Shown here: positions 19,813 through 29,271 of the stretch, one piece after another
Position numbering within the stretch: position 1 is the first letter of the stretch
Layout of the letters: every line of letters begins with the position of its first letter
Made by a program: the position numbers and the translations under genes
Origin: an uncultured virus (IMG/VR IMGVR_UViG_3300042273_000539)
Lineage: Duplodnaviria > Heunggongvirae > Uroviricota > Caudoviricetes
Length of the DNA stretch: 64,000 nt
Strand: one strand, 5' to 3'
IMG/VR virus record: IMGVR_UViG_3300042273_000539
The notes under the pieces: generated by a model
Told to the model about the DNA's origin: nothing
What the model saw: only the letters and a program-made list of their open reading frames with translations
The model's database searches: none

Positions 19813-22806
19813 TTATTTATTGGACCTAAATTTTTTCTTTGCTAATGCTAGAAGATTTTTAGGTTCTTCATTTTCTTCTTCACTTTCCTCTTCGTTGTCC
19901 TCTTTTGGTTTTTCTTCTTCTTCTTCTCCAGTTTCAGTTGTTAGAGCAGCTTTTGCATTTGCTGGTATATTTTCTGGTTGCTCTTGTTGCGGTTGCGTAG
20001 AAAAAGATTTCTCTAACTGATTTTGAAGATTAGTTAATCCTGTTTCAATAAAACTATTCAAAGCATTCACTGCTGAAATAACATCTTTATATTCTTCATC
20101 TGTCATTTTATCATCTAAATCATCTATTTTAGTTATGACAGTATTCATGAAGTTAATCATTCCATCTGCATAAGTTAAAATAGTTATAGATGGAGCATTT
20201 CCAGAAAGAAGAGTATTTTTTATTTCCACAAGTGGTTTTACGAATGCATCTTTATCCCCTGCATTAACAGCTTTTCTCAAGTTTATGAATATTTTATCAT
20301 TAGCTAATTTATGAGGCTTAAAAAGTTCTGCTGTTTTGTTTGCTATATTAGAAGATAATTCATCTTCTGTTAAATAAGAAACACTTTCATTTACTGCTTT
20401 GCTTTCTGGCTTTTTAGCTGGTTGAGTTGTCTGTTGAGTTTTTGGCCTGTTTCTATCTAACATTATTTTAGCAGTTTCTACAGTACTGGGTTTTTCTGCA
20501 AGCTTTTTTATGAAGTTAGTCATTCTATCTTTAATATTAGCAGATATAGTTTTCTTTTGAGAAAATTCTTTTTTAACTTCATCAAATTTTTTCTTTAGTT
20601 GAACTCTATCTATAGTATTTTTTACAGCATCTTTAGTTTCAGAGGAAAAAGTTTTTATTTTATCTATTGTTCCAGGAGCTTCACCTTCGCCAGATTTACT
20701 ATCTCTTGAAAGATAGCTATCAATAGCTTTGTTTTTTTCTTGCTCTTTCTCTTTTTTCTCTGAATATTCCTCTTTTTCTCTTCTTTGCAATTCAGCGGAT
20801 ATTTCTTCTCTTTCTTTTTTTACTGCTTTTAATTCTTCTTCTTTTTCTTTCTTTTTAGAAATTGCAGCGTCTATTCGTTTTTGTTTTTCTTTTTCATCTA
20901 TTTCATTATCCATTTTTACTAAATAGATTTTATTTTCTAATCCTTTAAGTTCATTTACGAGCTCTTTAGTTTCTTCTTTCCTTTCTTTTTCTTTTTTTAA
21001 AAGTTCTTGAATATCAGCAAGTCTAGGTGATAATCTTTCGGAGAATTTTTTTTCTTTTACTTTATAGTTGTAAGTTTCTTTTTCATTCTCTAATTTTTCA
21101 GTTTCCATTTTAATCTTTTCATTTATAGCTAATAAAGAGTTTCTATATTCTTTTAAAATATGTTCAACTCTTCCAGCATATGAAGAAACAGTAGACCTAG
21201 CCATATTAATTGAATATCCTATATCTATTATTTGTTGGCTTAAAGCGTTTTTAATTGTTTTTTTAAAACTTGCCAGATTTTTTACTTTCTTTTCTGCTTT
21301 ATTATAATATGAGTCAAACCTTCTGCTATATTCAATGGTTAATTTTTCTATCCTGTCTTTTACAGATTTTTCATTTTCTCTTATTATTTTTTCCTGTTTT
21401 CTTATTATTTTAGAAACACTTGTAGACATTATTTTAGATTCTGATTTTTCTTTTCTTCTTGATTTATGAGTTAATTTGTCTACGTTCCTGGGTATAGAAA
21501 TTTCATTAATCATACTTTCAGCTATTTCAATTTTAGCTTTCTCTGTTCTGTTTTTTACAGCATTGTCAGTAGCTAATTTCATCGTTGCAGAACCTAAAAC
21601 TCCTCCATGAAGTTTAACAGTTTTAAGTTGTTTCTTTAGTTCTTTATAATCTTCCCCAGTGTTTTGACTAATGTTATTTATAAATTCATCTTTTATTTTT
21701 TCAAATTTGTTATCAACTTCGTCTGTTTTTATTTTTTCAAAAGTTTCCTTTAACTTTTTTAGATCCATATCTAATTCTTCAATAGATTCTATTTTATCTC
21801 CAGAATATGTTTTTTGTTGTAAAATATCTTCATATTTTTTATTTATTTTATCTGGATCTTTTTTAGGTTCTTCTGTAGATACTTTAGCAGACATTTCATC
21901 ATTATCTGATTTTAAATTTTCTTCTTTTTCTGCCTGTTCATCATCTTCATCATTATCTGATTTTAAATTTTCTTCTTTTTCTGTGTCAGTTCTTCTTTTT
22001 CTTTCTGCATCAATAGCTTTAGATGTTTGCATCCAGTCAGAAAAATTAAGTGATGAAATATTGGTTGTTCCATGCAACTCTTGAGCATAACTTTTTTGTT
22101 TAGCTTCCTTTGATTTTGTGCTAGTAAAATTGAAAACAATATAACCTAATTCACTTACTTTATTAACGTTTTTATAAAAGTTTGAACCCATAGAGTGAAC
22201 ACCAGTAGAGGAATTCCATGCTGCTTCTTGGGAAAACATTTTTTGATTATGAATTAAAATATTTTCAACGTCATCAGAATCCATTATTCTACTTGGTAAA
22301 TAATTTGATAAAACATTCATAACTTCATCATTTGTTACTTTAGAGCTTCTTAAAACTGAAAAAAGGTGCTGTAAAATTTCTGCGTATTTTAGTTCTTTAA
22401 ACTTTTCTAAAAATCTAATGAGATTTCCTTTCGTTGTTTTGCTTTTTATGGTTTTTATATCTTTTCCGGTTTCGTCTCTGGAATCTACAATGCTTAAAGT
22501 ATTAGCTAGGCCACTATTTTTATCAAAGAATATGTCATTTGATTCAAAATATTCTTTCAAGTCTTTTGCTTCTTCTGAAAATTCTCTTGTCTCTAGATAA
22601 TTAATAGAGGAGTCAAAAGATTTTGAAAAAGTTCCTATTGTGTCTTTTATATTTACTTCTTTAGAATATGCTCTTTTTTTTTGAGGTTTTTCTTTTTGAG
22701 GTTTTTCTTTTTTATTGTCAGTTTCTATTGTTCCTTTTGGCACAAGAATACCTCCAGAACTTTTTTCGTATTCTATTTCAGTAATATATTCTTTAAAACT
22801 TTTCAT
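19813..22806 (-). CDS. Large coiled-coil protein, probable internal head protein
   Basis: RBS supports start MKSFKEYITE at 22806; further VNES/LTED sites; K/E-rich. Confidence 0.6.
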   Translation of the reverse strand: MKSFKEYITEIEYEKSSGGILVPKGTIETDNKKEKPQKEKPQKKRAYSKEVNIKDTIGTFSKSFDSSINYLETREFSEEAKDLKEYFESNDIFFDKNSGLANTLSIVDSRDETGKDIKTIKSKTTKGNLIRFLEKFKELKYAEILQHLFSVLRSSKVTNDEVMNVLSNYLPSRIMDSDDVENILIHNQKMFSQEAAWNSSTGVHSMGSNFYKNVNKVSELGYIVFNFTSTKSKEAKQKSYAQELHGTTNISSLNFSDWMQTSKAIDAERKRRTDTEKEENLKSDNDEDDEQAEKEENLKSDNDEMSAKVSTEEPKKDPDKINKKYEDILQQKTYSGDKIESIEELDMDLKKLKETFEKIKTDEVDNKFEKIKDEFINNISQNTGEDYKELKKQLKTVKLHGGVLGSATMKLATDNAVKNRTEKAKIEIAESMINEISIPRNVDKLTHKSRRKEKSESKIMSTSVSKIIRKQEKIIRENEKSVKDRIEKLTIEYSRRFDSYYNKAEKKVKNLASFKKTIKNALSQQIIDIGYSINMARSTVSSYAGRVEHILKEYRNSLLAINEKIKMETEKLENEKETYNYKVKEKKFSERLSPRLADIQELLKKEKERKEETKELVNELKGLENKIYLVKMDNEIDEKEKQKRIDAAISKKKEKEEELKAVKKEREEISAELQRREKEEYSEKKEKEQEKNKAIDSYLSRDSKSGEGEAPGTIDKIKTFSSETKDAVKNTIDRVQLKKKFDEVKKEFSQKKTISANIKDRMTNFIKKLAEKPSTVETAKIMLDRNRPKTQQTTQPAKKPESKAVNESVSYLTEDELSSNIANKTAELFKPHKLANDKIFINLRKAVNAGDKDAFVKPLVEIKNTLLSGNAPSITILTYADGMINFMNTVITKIDDLDDKMTDEEYKDVISAVNALNSFIETGLTNLQNQLEKSFSTQPQQEQPENIPANAKAALTTETGEEEEEKPKEDNEEESEEENEEPKNLLALAKKKFRSNK
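21895..21983. repeat. 38-bp perfect direct repeat, two copies, period 51
   Basis: TTCATCATTATCTGATTTTAAATTTTCTTCTTTTTCTG at 21895 and 21946 (EKEENLKSDNDE twice). Confidence 0.9.
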
Positions 22807-22828
22807 GCTATTATTCCTCAAAAGTATC

Positions 22829-22857
22829 TTGACAAAAATCTAAACTTCAACTATACT
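22829..22857 (+). promoter_or_regulatory. Sigma70-type early promoter
   Basis: TTGACA-17-TATACT. Confidence 0.8.
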
Positions 22858-22876
22858 ATAAACAAAAAGGATTATT

Positions 22877-23239
22877 ATGAAATATTGTTTAGTGGTTTAT
22901 GATGTAAATGATGCTGATTATAGGACTAGTTTAGTTTTAATAAATGATAAAGAAGAAACTTTAGTCAGAAAAATGTTAAAAGCTTTAAAAGAAGAAGACA
23001 AAAAAAATAGGTGGGGACATAACTTTGAAGATTTTTATGAAAAACTTTGTGATGATTGGAAAGAATTTGAAAGTGGCAATGAAGAATTTCATAATGGCTT
23101 TAAAAATGAATTTATAACATTTGATGATTTAATAGAATTTTCGGAACTTTTTTCAATTTCGGGCGATGATATGGGAGAACCTCACACAATAGAGAGAATA
23201 GAAATTCTTGATATTGTATCTATTGATAAATTATTATAA
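22877..23239 (+). CDS. Hypothetical protein
   Basis: AGGA RBS downstream of the promoter. Confidence 0.65.
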   Translation: MKYCLVVYDVNDADYRTSLVLINDKEETLVRKMLKALKEEDKKNRWGHNFEDFYEKLCDDWKEFESGNEEFHNGFKNEFITFDDLIEFSELFSISGDDMGEPHTIERIEILDIVSIDKLL

Positions 23240-23248
23240 GGAGAATAA

Positions 23249-24535
23249 ATGAGTTTTAATCATTTACATTTACACACTAATCTAGGGTCTAGACTTGATG
23301 GTATTGCTTCTTCAGAAGATTACGCTAAACGTGCTTCTGAACTGGGACATACCTCTGTTGCTATTACAGACCACGGAAAACTTACAGGATGGTACGAGCA
23401 TCAAGTTGCTTGTAAAAAGCATGGGGTAAAACCTGTGTTTGGTTTGGAACAATACGTATGCCCTGAAAATACATTAGAAGCATACGATGCAAAAAAGAAA
23501 AGGATACGACCGCAGAACAATCACCTTGTTTTATTAGCTAAAAATGAGATAGGGTATAGAAATCTTATGGAACTTCATTATGTTTCTATGGCTGATGGAA
23601 GGCATTTTTATTACAATAATCACTCTTCTTTTGAAGAAGTCTTTAAATATAAAGAAGGGCTTATTGTAGGGACTGCTTGTTTAGGTTCTCCATTTGCTAA
23701 CTTATTAAAAGAAGGTAAAGCGGAAGAATCTAAAAAATTATTAGATAGATTTTTAGAAGAGTTTGGCGATAACATGTATGCTGAACTTCAACTAAATGAA
23801 CTTATTGGAAATACAGAAGGATTAGCAGAAGGTCAAAAAACAGTTAATAAATTTATTAAGGATTGGGCTAATGAAAGGGGAGTTCCTATTATAATAACTG
23901 GGGACGTCCATTATCTTGATAAAGAAGACTATATCGTTCAAAATATAGCCTTGGCTTTACAATCTAAAAAAACCGTAAATGACACAGGGGCTTTTCAACT
24001 AGAAGGCCAGACATTATTTTATCACGATATAGAAGATTATAAGTTTTTTAGCAAAAACTGGAAATATGGATATACAGATGAAGAAATAGAAACCTGGTGT
24101 AATAATACTCAATACATAGTAGATAAATGTAATTATTCTATTCCAGAGCGAGATAGGATGATTTTGCCAGAAGTTTATGACGATGATGAAGAGGAAATGG
24201 AGAAACTTTCTAAAAAAGGATTATGCGATTATTTTTCTGTTTCAACATATGAGGAATGTCCAGAGATTTATAGAAAGAGACTAGAGAGAGAACTTGAAGT
24301 TTTGAAAAGAAAAGGCTTTGGTTCGTATGCTATGATATTATATGATATTTTTGAGTTTTGCAAAAAAGAAGACATTATGAGGGGACCAGCCAGAGGATCG
24401 GCGGGAGGTTCTTTGGCTTTGTTCTGCTTGGGTATTACTACATTAGACCCTATAAAACATGATTTGATATTTGAAAGGTTTTTGTCAGATAGTAGAGCTC
24501 CCAATGTTGGATATTCATATTTTAAAGAACTATAG
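23249..24535 (+). CDS. dnaE: DNA polymerase III alpha, N-terminal piece (PHP domain plus start of palm)
   Basis: HLHLHT, ITDHG, HLVLLA, DVHY, ARGSAGGSL, DPIKHDLIFERFL; stops before the catalytic DxD. Confidence 0.9.
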   Translation: MSFNHLHLHTNLGSRLDGIASSEDYAKRASELGHTSVAITDHGKLTGWYEHQVACKKHGVKPVFGLEQYVCPENTLEAYDAKKKRIRPQNNHLVLLAKNEIGYRNLMELHYVSMADGRHFYYNNHSSFEEVFKYKEGLIVGTACLGSPFANLLKEGKAEESKKLLDRFLEEFGDNMYAELQLNELIGNTEGLAEGQKTVNKFIKDWANERGVPIIITGDVHYLDKEDYIVQNIALALQSKKTVNDTGAFQLEGQTLFYHDIEDYKFFSKNWKYGYTDEEIETWCNNTQYIVDKCNYSIPERDRMILPEVYDDDEEEMEKLSKKGLCDYFSVSTYEECPEIYRKRLERELEVLKRKGFGSYAMILYDIFEFCKKEDIMRGPARGSAGGSLALFCLGITTLDPIKHDLIFERFLSDSRAPNVGYSYFKEL

Positions 24536-24566
24536 CTCTTATATAGCATAGAGAAGGAAGATTTTT

Positions 24567-25106
24567 ATGACTTATGCTGAAAGAGAATTTGATATTTTAA
24601 GTAAAATAGAAAAAAAGACAGGGGATGAATTTTTAGTTACTCCTTTTAAAAAAGAAATATTAGCAATATTTAATAAATTTATGGATAGTGGTCAAAGTGG
24701 AGGATCAGCTCCTTATTATGCTCAAGCAGTAGCAGGAGCCATTAAGGACTTATGTCTTCAGAAACCATTATCTCCTCTTACTGATGAAAAAGAAGAGTGG
24801 GAGGATGTTTCCGAGATAATGGAAGAAGGAAATACTTTTCAAAACAATAGGCTGACTTCCGTATTTAAAAAAGGGAATAAAGCCTATTACATAGATGCTG
24901 TTGTTTTTAGAGGAGAGGACGACACTTGTTTTACTGGGTCTGCTGAATACAGTGAAGGCAAAATATATAGTAGTCAATACATAAAATCCTTTCCTTTTAC
25001 ACCTAAAACCTTTTATATAGATATATATTATGATGAAGATGGTGATAGTAGAATAAAAAACGAAGAGCAGTTAAAAGAAGTTTTTGATTATTACGACCAA
25101 AAATAG
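24567..25106 (+). CDS. Conserved phage hypothetical protein
   Basis: GQSGGSAPY, KPLSPLT, FQNNR..VFK pattern typical of a phage protein family. Confidence 0.65.
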   Translation: MTYAEREFDILSKIEKKTGDEFLVTPFKKEILAIFNKFMDSGQSGGSAPYYAQAVAGAIKDLCLQKPLSPLTDEKEEWEDVSEIMEEGNTFQNNRLTSVFKKGNKAYYIDAVVFRGEDDTCFTGSAEYSEGKIYSSQYIKSFPFTPKTFYIDIYYDEDGDSRIKNEEQLKEVFDYYDQK

Positions 25107-25135
25107 TTGACAAAAAACTAAAAATAATTTATAAT
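25107..25135 (+). promoter_or_regulatory. Sigma70-type early promoter
   Basis: TTGACA-17-TATAAT. Confidence 0.85.
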
Positions 25136-25161
25136 ATAGTAAAAAAGATAAGGAGAAATAT

Positions 25162-25674
25162 ATGAAAATAAAAATCAAGGCGGAGCATGAAAATCTTTTT
25201 AAAGATTATGTAAAACTTTTTGAAAGCAATGTTATTACAATATCTGGATATGAGGCATCTTATTTTCCAGGAGAAGGCATAGATATTAATTTTGGTCAAG
25301 CTGAGGAGTTTATGAAATTTGTAAGCAGTGATACTATTTATAGCATAGTAGTTGATAAAGTTCAAGCTGAAATTGATAAAAAGAAAGAAGCTTTGGGAAA
25401 AATCAGGAAAGAGGAAGAAGACAGAAGAGCTCTTGATATTGAAATCAAAAGAAAAAAGCAAGAACTTCGTGAGCTTGAACTTCAAAGAGACGGTTTTAAT
25501 AAACCTAAAAAAACTGGATATGAAATTACTTATAAAGATGGTAAAACTGAAAAGCGAGAGCTGACAGAAGAAGAGATTAATGAAGCTTTGTCTGGGGCTA
25601 CTGTAAATGAGTATTTGAGGGGTTTAGATAGAGTTTTCCCTATGTTTAAACACAGAAGAGGATGGTATTTTTAA
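25162..25674 (+). CDS. Hypothetical protein
   Basis: AGGAG RBS; coiled-coil middle. Confidence 0.65.
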   Translation: MKIKIKAEHENLFKDYVKLFESNVITISGYEASYFPGEGIDINFGQAEEFMKFVSSDTIYSIVVDKVQAEIDKKKEALGKIRKEEEDRRALDIEIKRKKQELRELELQRDGFNKPKKTGYEITYKDGKTEKRELTEEEINEALSGATVNEYLRGLDRVFPMFKHRRGWYF

Positions 25675-25920
25675 ATGAAAGTAAAACTAAAAAATGGGAC
25701 AGCATTTAAATTTTTTCCCAGGCAGTATGAATCTGTTGATATATCTGTAGGTTTTGAAATTGAAGAAGATGTGACTGAAGAGAACATGGATGAAAAGGTT
25801 TCTGCCATGTCTGAAAAAATCAAAGAAATTTTAAAGAAAGAAATAGATGCTAAAACAGGTGAATATTTAGTTAAAGCAGAAAAAATGAAAAGAGAAATTC
25901 GTAAAGCTATGGATAAATAG
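25675..25920 (+). CDS. Hypothetical protein
   Basis: Coupled ORF followed by a hairpin terminator at about 25941-25966. Confidence 0.6.
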   Translation: MKVKLKNGTAFKFFPRQYESVDISVGFEIEEDVTEENMDEKVSAMSEKIKEILKKEIDAKTGEYLVKAEKMKREIRKAMDK

Positions 25921-25983
25921 TCCATATTTCAACATCATTTTCCCCCAGAAATGGGGGATTATTTTTATACAGAAGTTATTTCC

Positions 25984-26012
25984 TTGACAAAAAACTAGAA
26001 ATTTGGTATAAT
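25984..26012 (+). promoter_or_regulatory. Sigma70-type early promoter, leaderless into the DnaE middle piece
   Basis: TTGACA-17-TATAAT; ATG 5 nt downstream; no SD. Confidence 0.85.
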
Positions 26013-26017
26013 AAGTT

Positions 26018-26899
26018 ATGAACTATGAAGAATTTAAAAAACATTGCATAAATGAATTTAAAGAGAAATATAAGAAAGAGAAATTTTCTACTGAATTTAT
26101 TTCTAGGTTTAAAAAAGAAATAGAGAAAGCAGAATATTACTATTTAGATGGTATTGATTTATTTGAAGAAATGAAAAAAAGAAAACCATTGAATAGATAT
26201 GTTCTTCCTTATATTCTTGGAATAAATAAAGATTATGATTTGTCTAAAAAATTACAGCTCGTTCAGATAAAAGAAGGCGATTCTGGTGGAATAGACGTTG
26301 ATAGCGATTTTGAGGGTTCAGGGCGTGATAGTATTATAGCTTACCTAAAAGACAAATATGGGGAAGATTGTGTCTTCCCAGTAGGCACTCTCTCTATGCT
26401 TGGGCTTAAGTCTTCTATAAAAGATTTACTCAAGTATTATGGAGCGCCATTTAAAGAGAGTAACGAGTTTACTTCCGCCCTGAACGATGATTTAAATTTT
26501 GAAGAGAATATAGAAAGTTTTAGAGTGTCAAATAGACAGATGTATGAGTTTTATGCAAAATATAAAAAGATATTAGACTTAACTCCTAAATTTTTTAACA
26601 AACCAAGGCAAATGGGAAAACACGCTGGTGGAGTAGTGGTTTTGCCGAAGCCTGTTTATAACTATATCCCCGTAGAAAGAGCTGGTGATGGTTTAGTCAC
26701 GGCTTATCCAGAAAGTGGTCAAACTGCTACGCTTGATGCAGTGGGAGTTATTAAACTTGACTTACTTGGCATATCTGTTTTAGATAATATAAAAGAAACA
26801 ATAAACCTAATAGACGAAGATATTTATCTCATTGAAGAAGATGGAATACAAAAAGTAGTTCCGAAGAGCTATTTATTCGGAAAAGAGGTTGTTATTTAG
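26018..26899 (+). CDS. dnaE: DNA polymerase III alpha, middle (catalytic palm/thumb) piece
   Basis: IDVDSDF, YLKDKYG, KSSIKDL, GKHAGGVVV, IKLDLLG. Confidence 0.9.
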   Translation: MNYEEFKKHCINEFKEKYKKEKFSTEFISRFKKEIEKAEYYYLDGIDLFEEMKKRKPLNRYVLPYILGINKDYDLSKKLQLVQIKEGDSGGIDVDSDFEGSGRDSIIAYLKDKYGEDCVFPVGTLSMLGLKSSIKDLLKYYGAPFKESNEFTSALNDDLNFEENIESFRVSNRQMYEFYAKYKKILDLTPKFFNKPRQMGKHAGGVVVLPKPVYNYIPVERAGDGLVTAYPESGQTATLDAVGVIKLDLLGISVLDNIKETINLIDEDIYLIEEDGIQKVVPKSYLFGKEVVI

Positions 26900-26900
26900 T

Positions 26901-26929
26901 TTGACAAAAAACTAAAATATTGTTATAAT
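26901..26929 (+). promoter_or_regulatory. Sigma70-type early promoter
   Basis: TTGACA-17-TATAAT. Confidence 0.85.
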
Positions 26930-26948
26930 TTTAAAAAAGGAATAAAAA

Positions 26949-27200
26949 ATGTTTTCTAACGAACAAGTGACAGAGTATATGAATACTCTTATAAAAGAAA
27001 CCGAAAATCATCTCAATGAAATAGAGTTGGAATGTAAAAGAGATGCTCCTAATGTTGGAACTATTTCTGTTGGGGTTGGGAAAGTCATGAAAGTATATCA
27101 ACTTTTAGCTTACTTGATGGGAGTGTATGATAATGAACCTAAAAATTCTGGTGGATTTAGAGAAAGTTTTAGAAATATTTCTAAAACCGATAAGGAATAA
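26949..27200 (+). CDS. Hypothetical protein
   Basis: AGGA RBS after the promoter. Confidence 0.6.
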   Translation: MFSNEQVTEYMNTLIKETENHLNEIELECKRDAPNVGTISVGVGKVMKVYQLLAYLMGVYDNEPKNSGGFRESFRNISKTDKE

Positions 27201-27202
27201 GT

Positions 27203-27673
27203 ATGGATATAGATAAATCATTATTACAGAAAAGTTTCAAAGAAGGAAACTATGAATACTTTTTTAATCAGGCGAAGAAAATAACTGATTTTGTCTTAAT
27301 ACGTTCTTTCGGTGTTTATGATGAAGAAATTAGAAATGACATGAGCCAAGAATGTTTAGAGAATTTATGGAAGAAGATACAGGCTAAAAAAGTAGATCCT
27401 TCAAAAGATTTAATGTCGTTTATTTGGGCTAATTCTTCGTTTAGGATACGAGAGATAAGAAGAAAAGAAAATAGAAGAAATAGTATTGCTCCTATGATGT
27501 CATATGATGATGAAACTTCTGAATGGATGAAAGTATTTTCTGGGTACATGTATAATCCAGAGATTGCTTATTTCTATAATGAAATGAAAGAAGATTTAGC
27601 AAGACAGCAAGAGGAAGCTGAAAAAAATAAAAAGCCTAGAAAAACTAGGAAAAAAGTGGCGGATATAGTGTGA
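27203..27673 (+). CDS. Sigma-factor region-2-like protein
   Basis: RNDMSQECLENLWKK..DPSKDLMSFIW..RIREIRRK resembles the sigma70/ECF region 2 pattern; no region 4 seen. Confidence 0.55.
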   Translation: MDIDKSLLQKSFKEGNYEYFFNQAKKITDFVLIRSFGVYDEEIRNDMSQECLENLWKKIQAKKVDPSKDLMSFIWANSSFRIREIRRKENRRNSIAPMMSYDDETSEWMKVFSGYMYNPEIAYFYNEMKEDLARQQEEAEKNKKPRKTRKKVADIV

Positions 27674-29271
27674 TAAAGGTTTTAAAAAAAGTAACTAAAA
27701 ACGAATTGAAAGATTTCCTTTACTCTATAAATACAGAAGATGATAGTCTTTATACAGTTCTTGAAAAAGAACCAGTAGGGATTTTTCAATTTTCTGGTGG
27801 AACAGCAAGAAATGTTACCCGTCAAGTAAAGCCAGAAAATTTTGAAGATATGGTTGCTATAAATGCTTTTGCAAGACCTGGGACAATAGATTTTTTACCA
27901 CAGTATTTAGACAATAAAAGAACTGATACGGCTTTTTATGCAAATAAAATAAATGACATTCTTAAAAGCACGCATGGAACTGTTATATTTCAAGAGCAAG
28001 CCATGAGCGTTTTTAATAAGATTGGCGGATTTACTCTTGAAGAAACTAATTATGTTCGTGGATTAATGAAAAAGTTAGGAAAAGCGGATAAGAAGCAAGA
28101 GGATATTGATAGATGGAATGAAGTTATTAAAAAGTTTGAGGCTGGCGCAAAAGAAAACGGATTGTCTATTTCCCAGTCAAAACAAATAGCTGATGATATG
28201 CTTGCTATGTCTTCGTATAGCTTTAACCGCAGCCATGCTGTTGCATATTCCTATGTTGCGTTAATGACTATGTATATGTCTTTTTATTTTCAAAAGTATT
28301 TCTATTCTTCTATAATAGAGTATGCTATGGATAAAAATAGAGATAGCGTTCCACAGTTATTGAGAACCGTAAGAAATGCTGGCTATGATATAATGCCTCC
28401 TGATTTAAATCAGGCTAAAGCAAAAACTTATGCAGATGGGAATTCTATTTTTATTGGATTACATAATCTTAAGCAGATTGGAGATAGTGCTGATATAATA
28501 ATAAAGAATAGACCTTATAATAGTTTTATTGATTTTATAGTTAAAAATTTATCAGAATCTAAAATAAATAAAAGAAGTATATCAACATTAGTTAAGTTTG
28601 GATGTTTTGATGAACTTGAACCAGAACTTAATAGAAGACAAATGAATAGTGCTTTTGCTGATTTTTGGGATAATAAAAAATCTATAAAAAAGACTGATGA
28701 TTTAAGAACTTTAATAGAAAGTGGAAAAGATTTAGTTGATATATTAAACGAAAATAAAAAAATAGAAGATTTAGTATCTACTTGGAATACATATAAAAAT
28801 GTTTGGAAAAAAAATGATTTTGTTCCGGTAACTACTGATTATTTAAAGGGTTTGGAAGTTGAAAGTTTGGGGTTTAACTATTTTATTTCTCCTTTTAGTA
28901 AAAAGGAAATGGAAGTTTTCAGAGAAGGAGAAAGACGATGTGTGATGAAACTTTCTTTTGATGATATAGACATGAAAGATGTTACCTGGAAAGTTCCTGT
29001 ATTTATAGAAAGTTTAAGACTTCATACAGATAGAAACGGAAATGAAATGGCTTTTATAACCATAGAGGATACTACTGGTATGGCTACGAGCATACCTGTT
29101 TTTGCAAGTTTCTGGCAGTTTTTATCTGATAAAATAAGCACAAATAGTATTGCTTTGTTTAGTTTATATAGAAATAAAGAAAATCAAATAATGTTTGGAA
29201 CTAATAGGTTTATAAAAGATGCGTCAAAAATAAAAAGTTTTGTAATGCCTATAAAAAGGAGAGAAGATTAA
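27670..29271 (+). CDS. dnaE: DNA polymerase III alpha, C-terminal piece (fingers, HhH, OB)
   Basis: GIFQF, ARPG, THGTVIFQEQAM, YSFNRSHAVAY, PPDLN, MAFITIEDTTG. Confidence 0.9.
   Translation: MIKVLKKVTKNELKDFLYSINTEDDSLYTVLEKEPVGIFQFSGGTARNVTRQVKPENFEDMVAINAFARPGTIDFLPQYLDNKRTDTAFYANKINDILKSTHGTVIFQEQAMSVFNKIGGFTLEETNYVRGLMKKLGKADKKQEDIDRWNEVIKKFEAGAKENGLSISQSKQIADDMLAMSSYSFNRSHAVAYSYVALMTMYMSFYFQKYFYSSIIEYAMDKNRDSVPQLLRTVRNAGYDIMPPDLNQAKAKTYADGNSIFIGLHNLKQIGDSADIIIKNRPYNSFIDFIVKNLSESKINKRSISTLVKFGCFDELEPELNRRQMNSAFADFWDNKKSIKKTDDLRTLIESGKDLVDILNENKKIEDLVSTWNTYKNVWKKNDFVPVTTDYLKGLEVESLGFNYFISPFSKKEMEVFREGERRCVMKLSFDDIDMKDVTWKVPVFIESLRLHTDRNGNEMAFITIEDTTGMATSIPVFASFWQFLSDKISTNSIALFSLYRNKENQIMFGTNRFIKDASKIKSFVMPIKRRED

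Noticed and set aside
18165..22600. Antisense Ser/Phe-rich ORFs (e.g. 18165, 19820, 20729, 21671; similar at 54805 and 56359)
   Set aside because: Shadows of K/E/D-rich coding strands, with no RBS.
19813..22806. Tape measure protein call for the 1000-aa coiled-coil ORF
   Set aside because: It is highly charged, lacks Ala/Gly-rich or membrane segments, is not next to the tube or chaperone genes, and has an internal-head-type N-terminus.
24536..27669. Group I/II introns or functional split inteins explaining the DnaE gaps
   Set aside because: The gaps hold ordinary ORFs with their own promoters and a terminator. No homing endonuclease, RT, intron core or Cys/His-Asn junction is visible.
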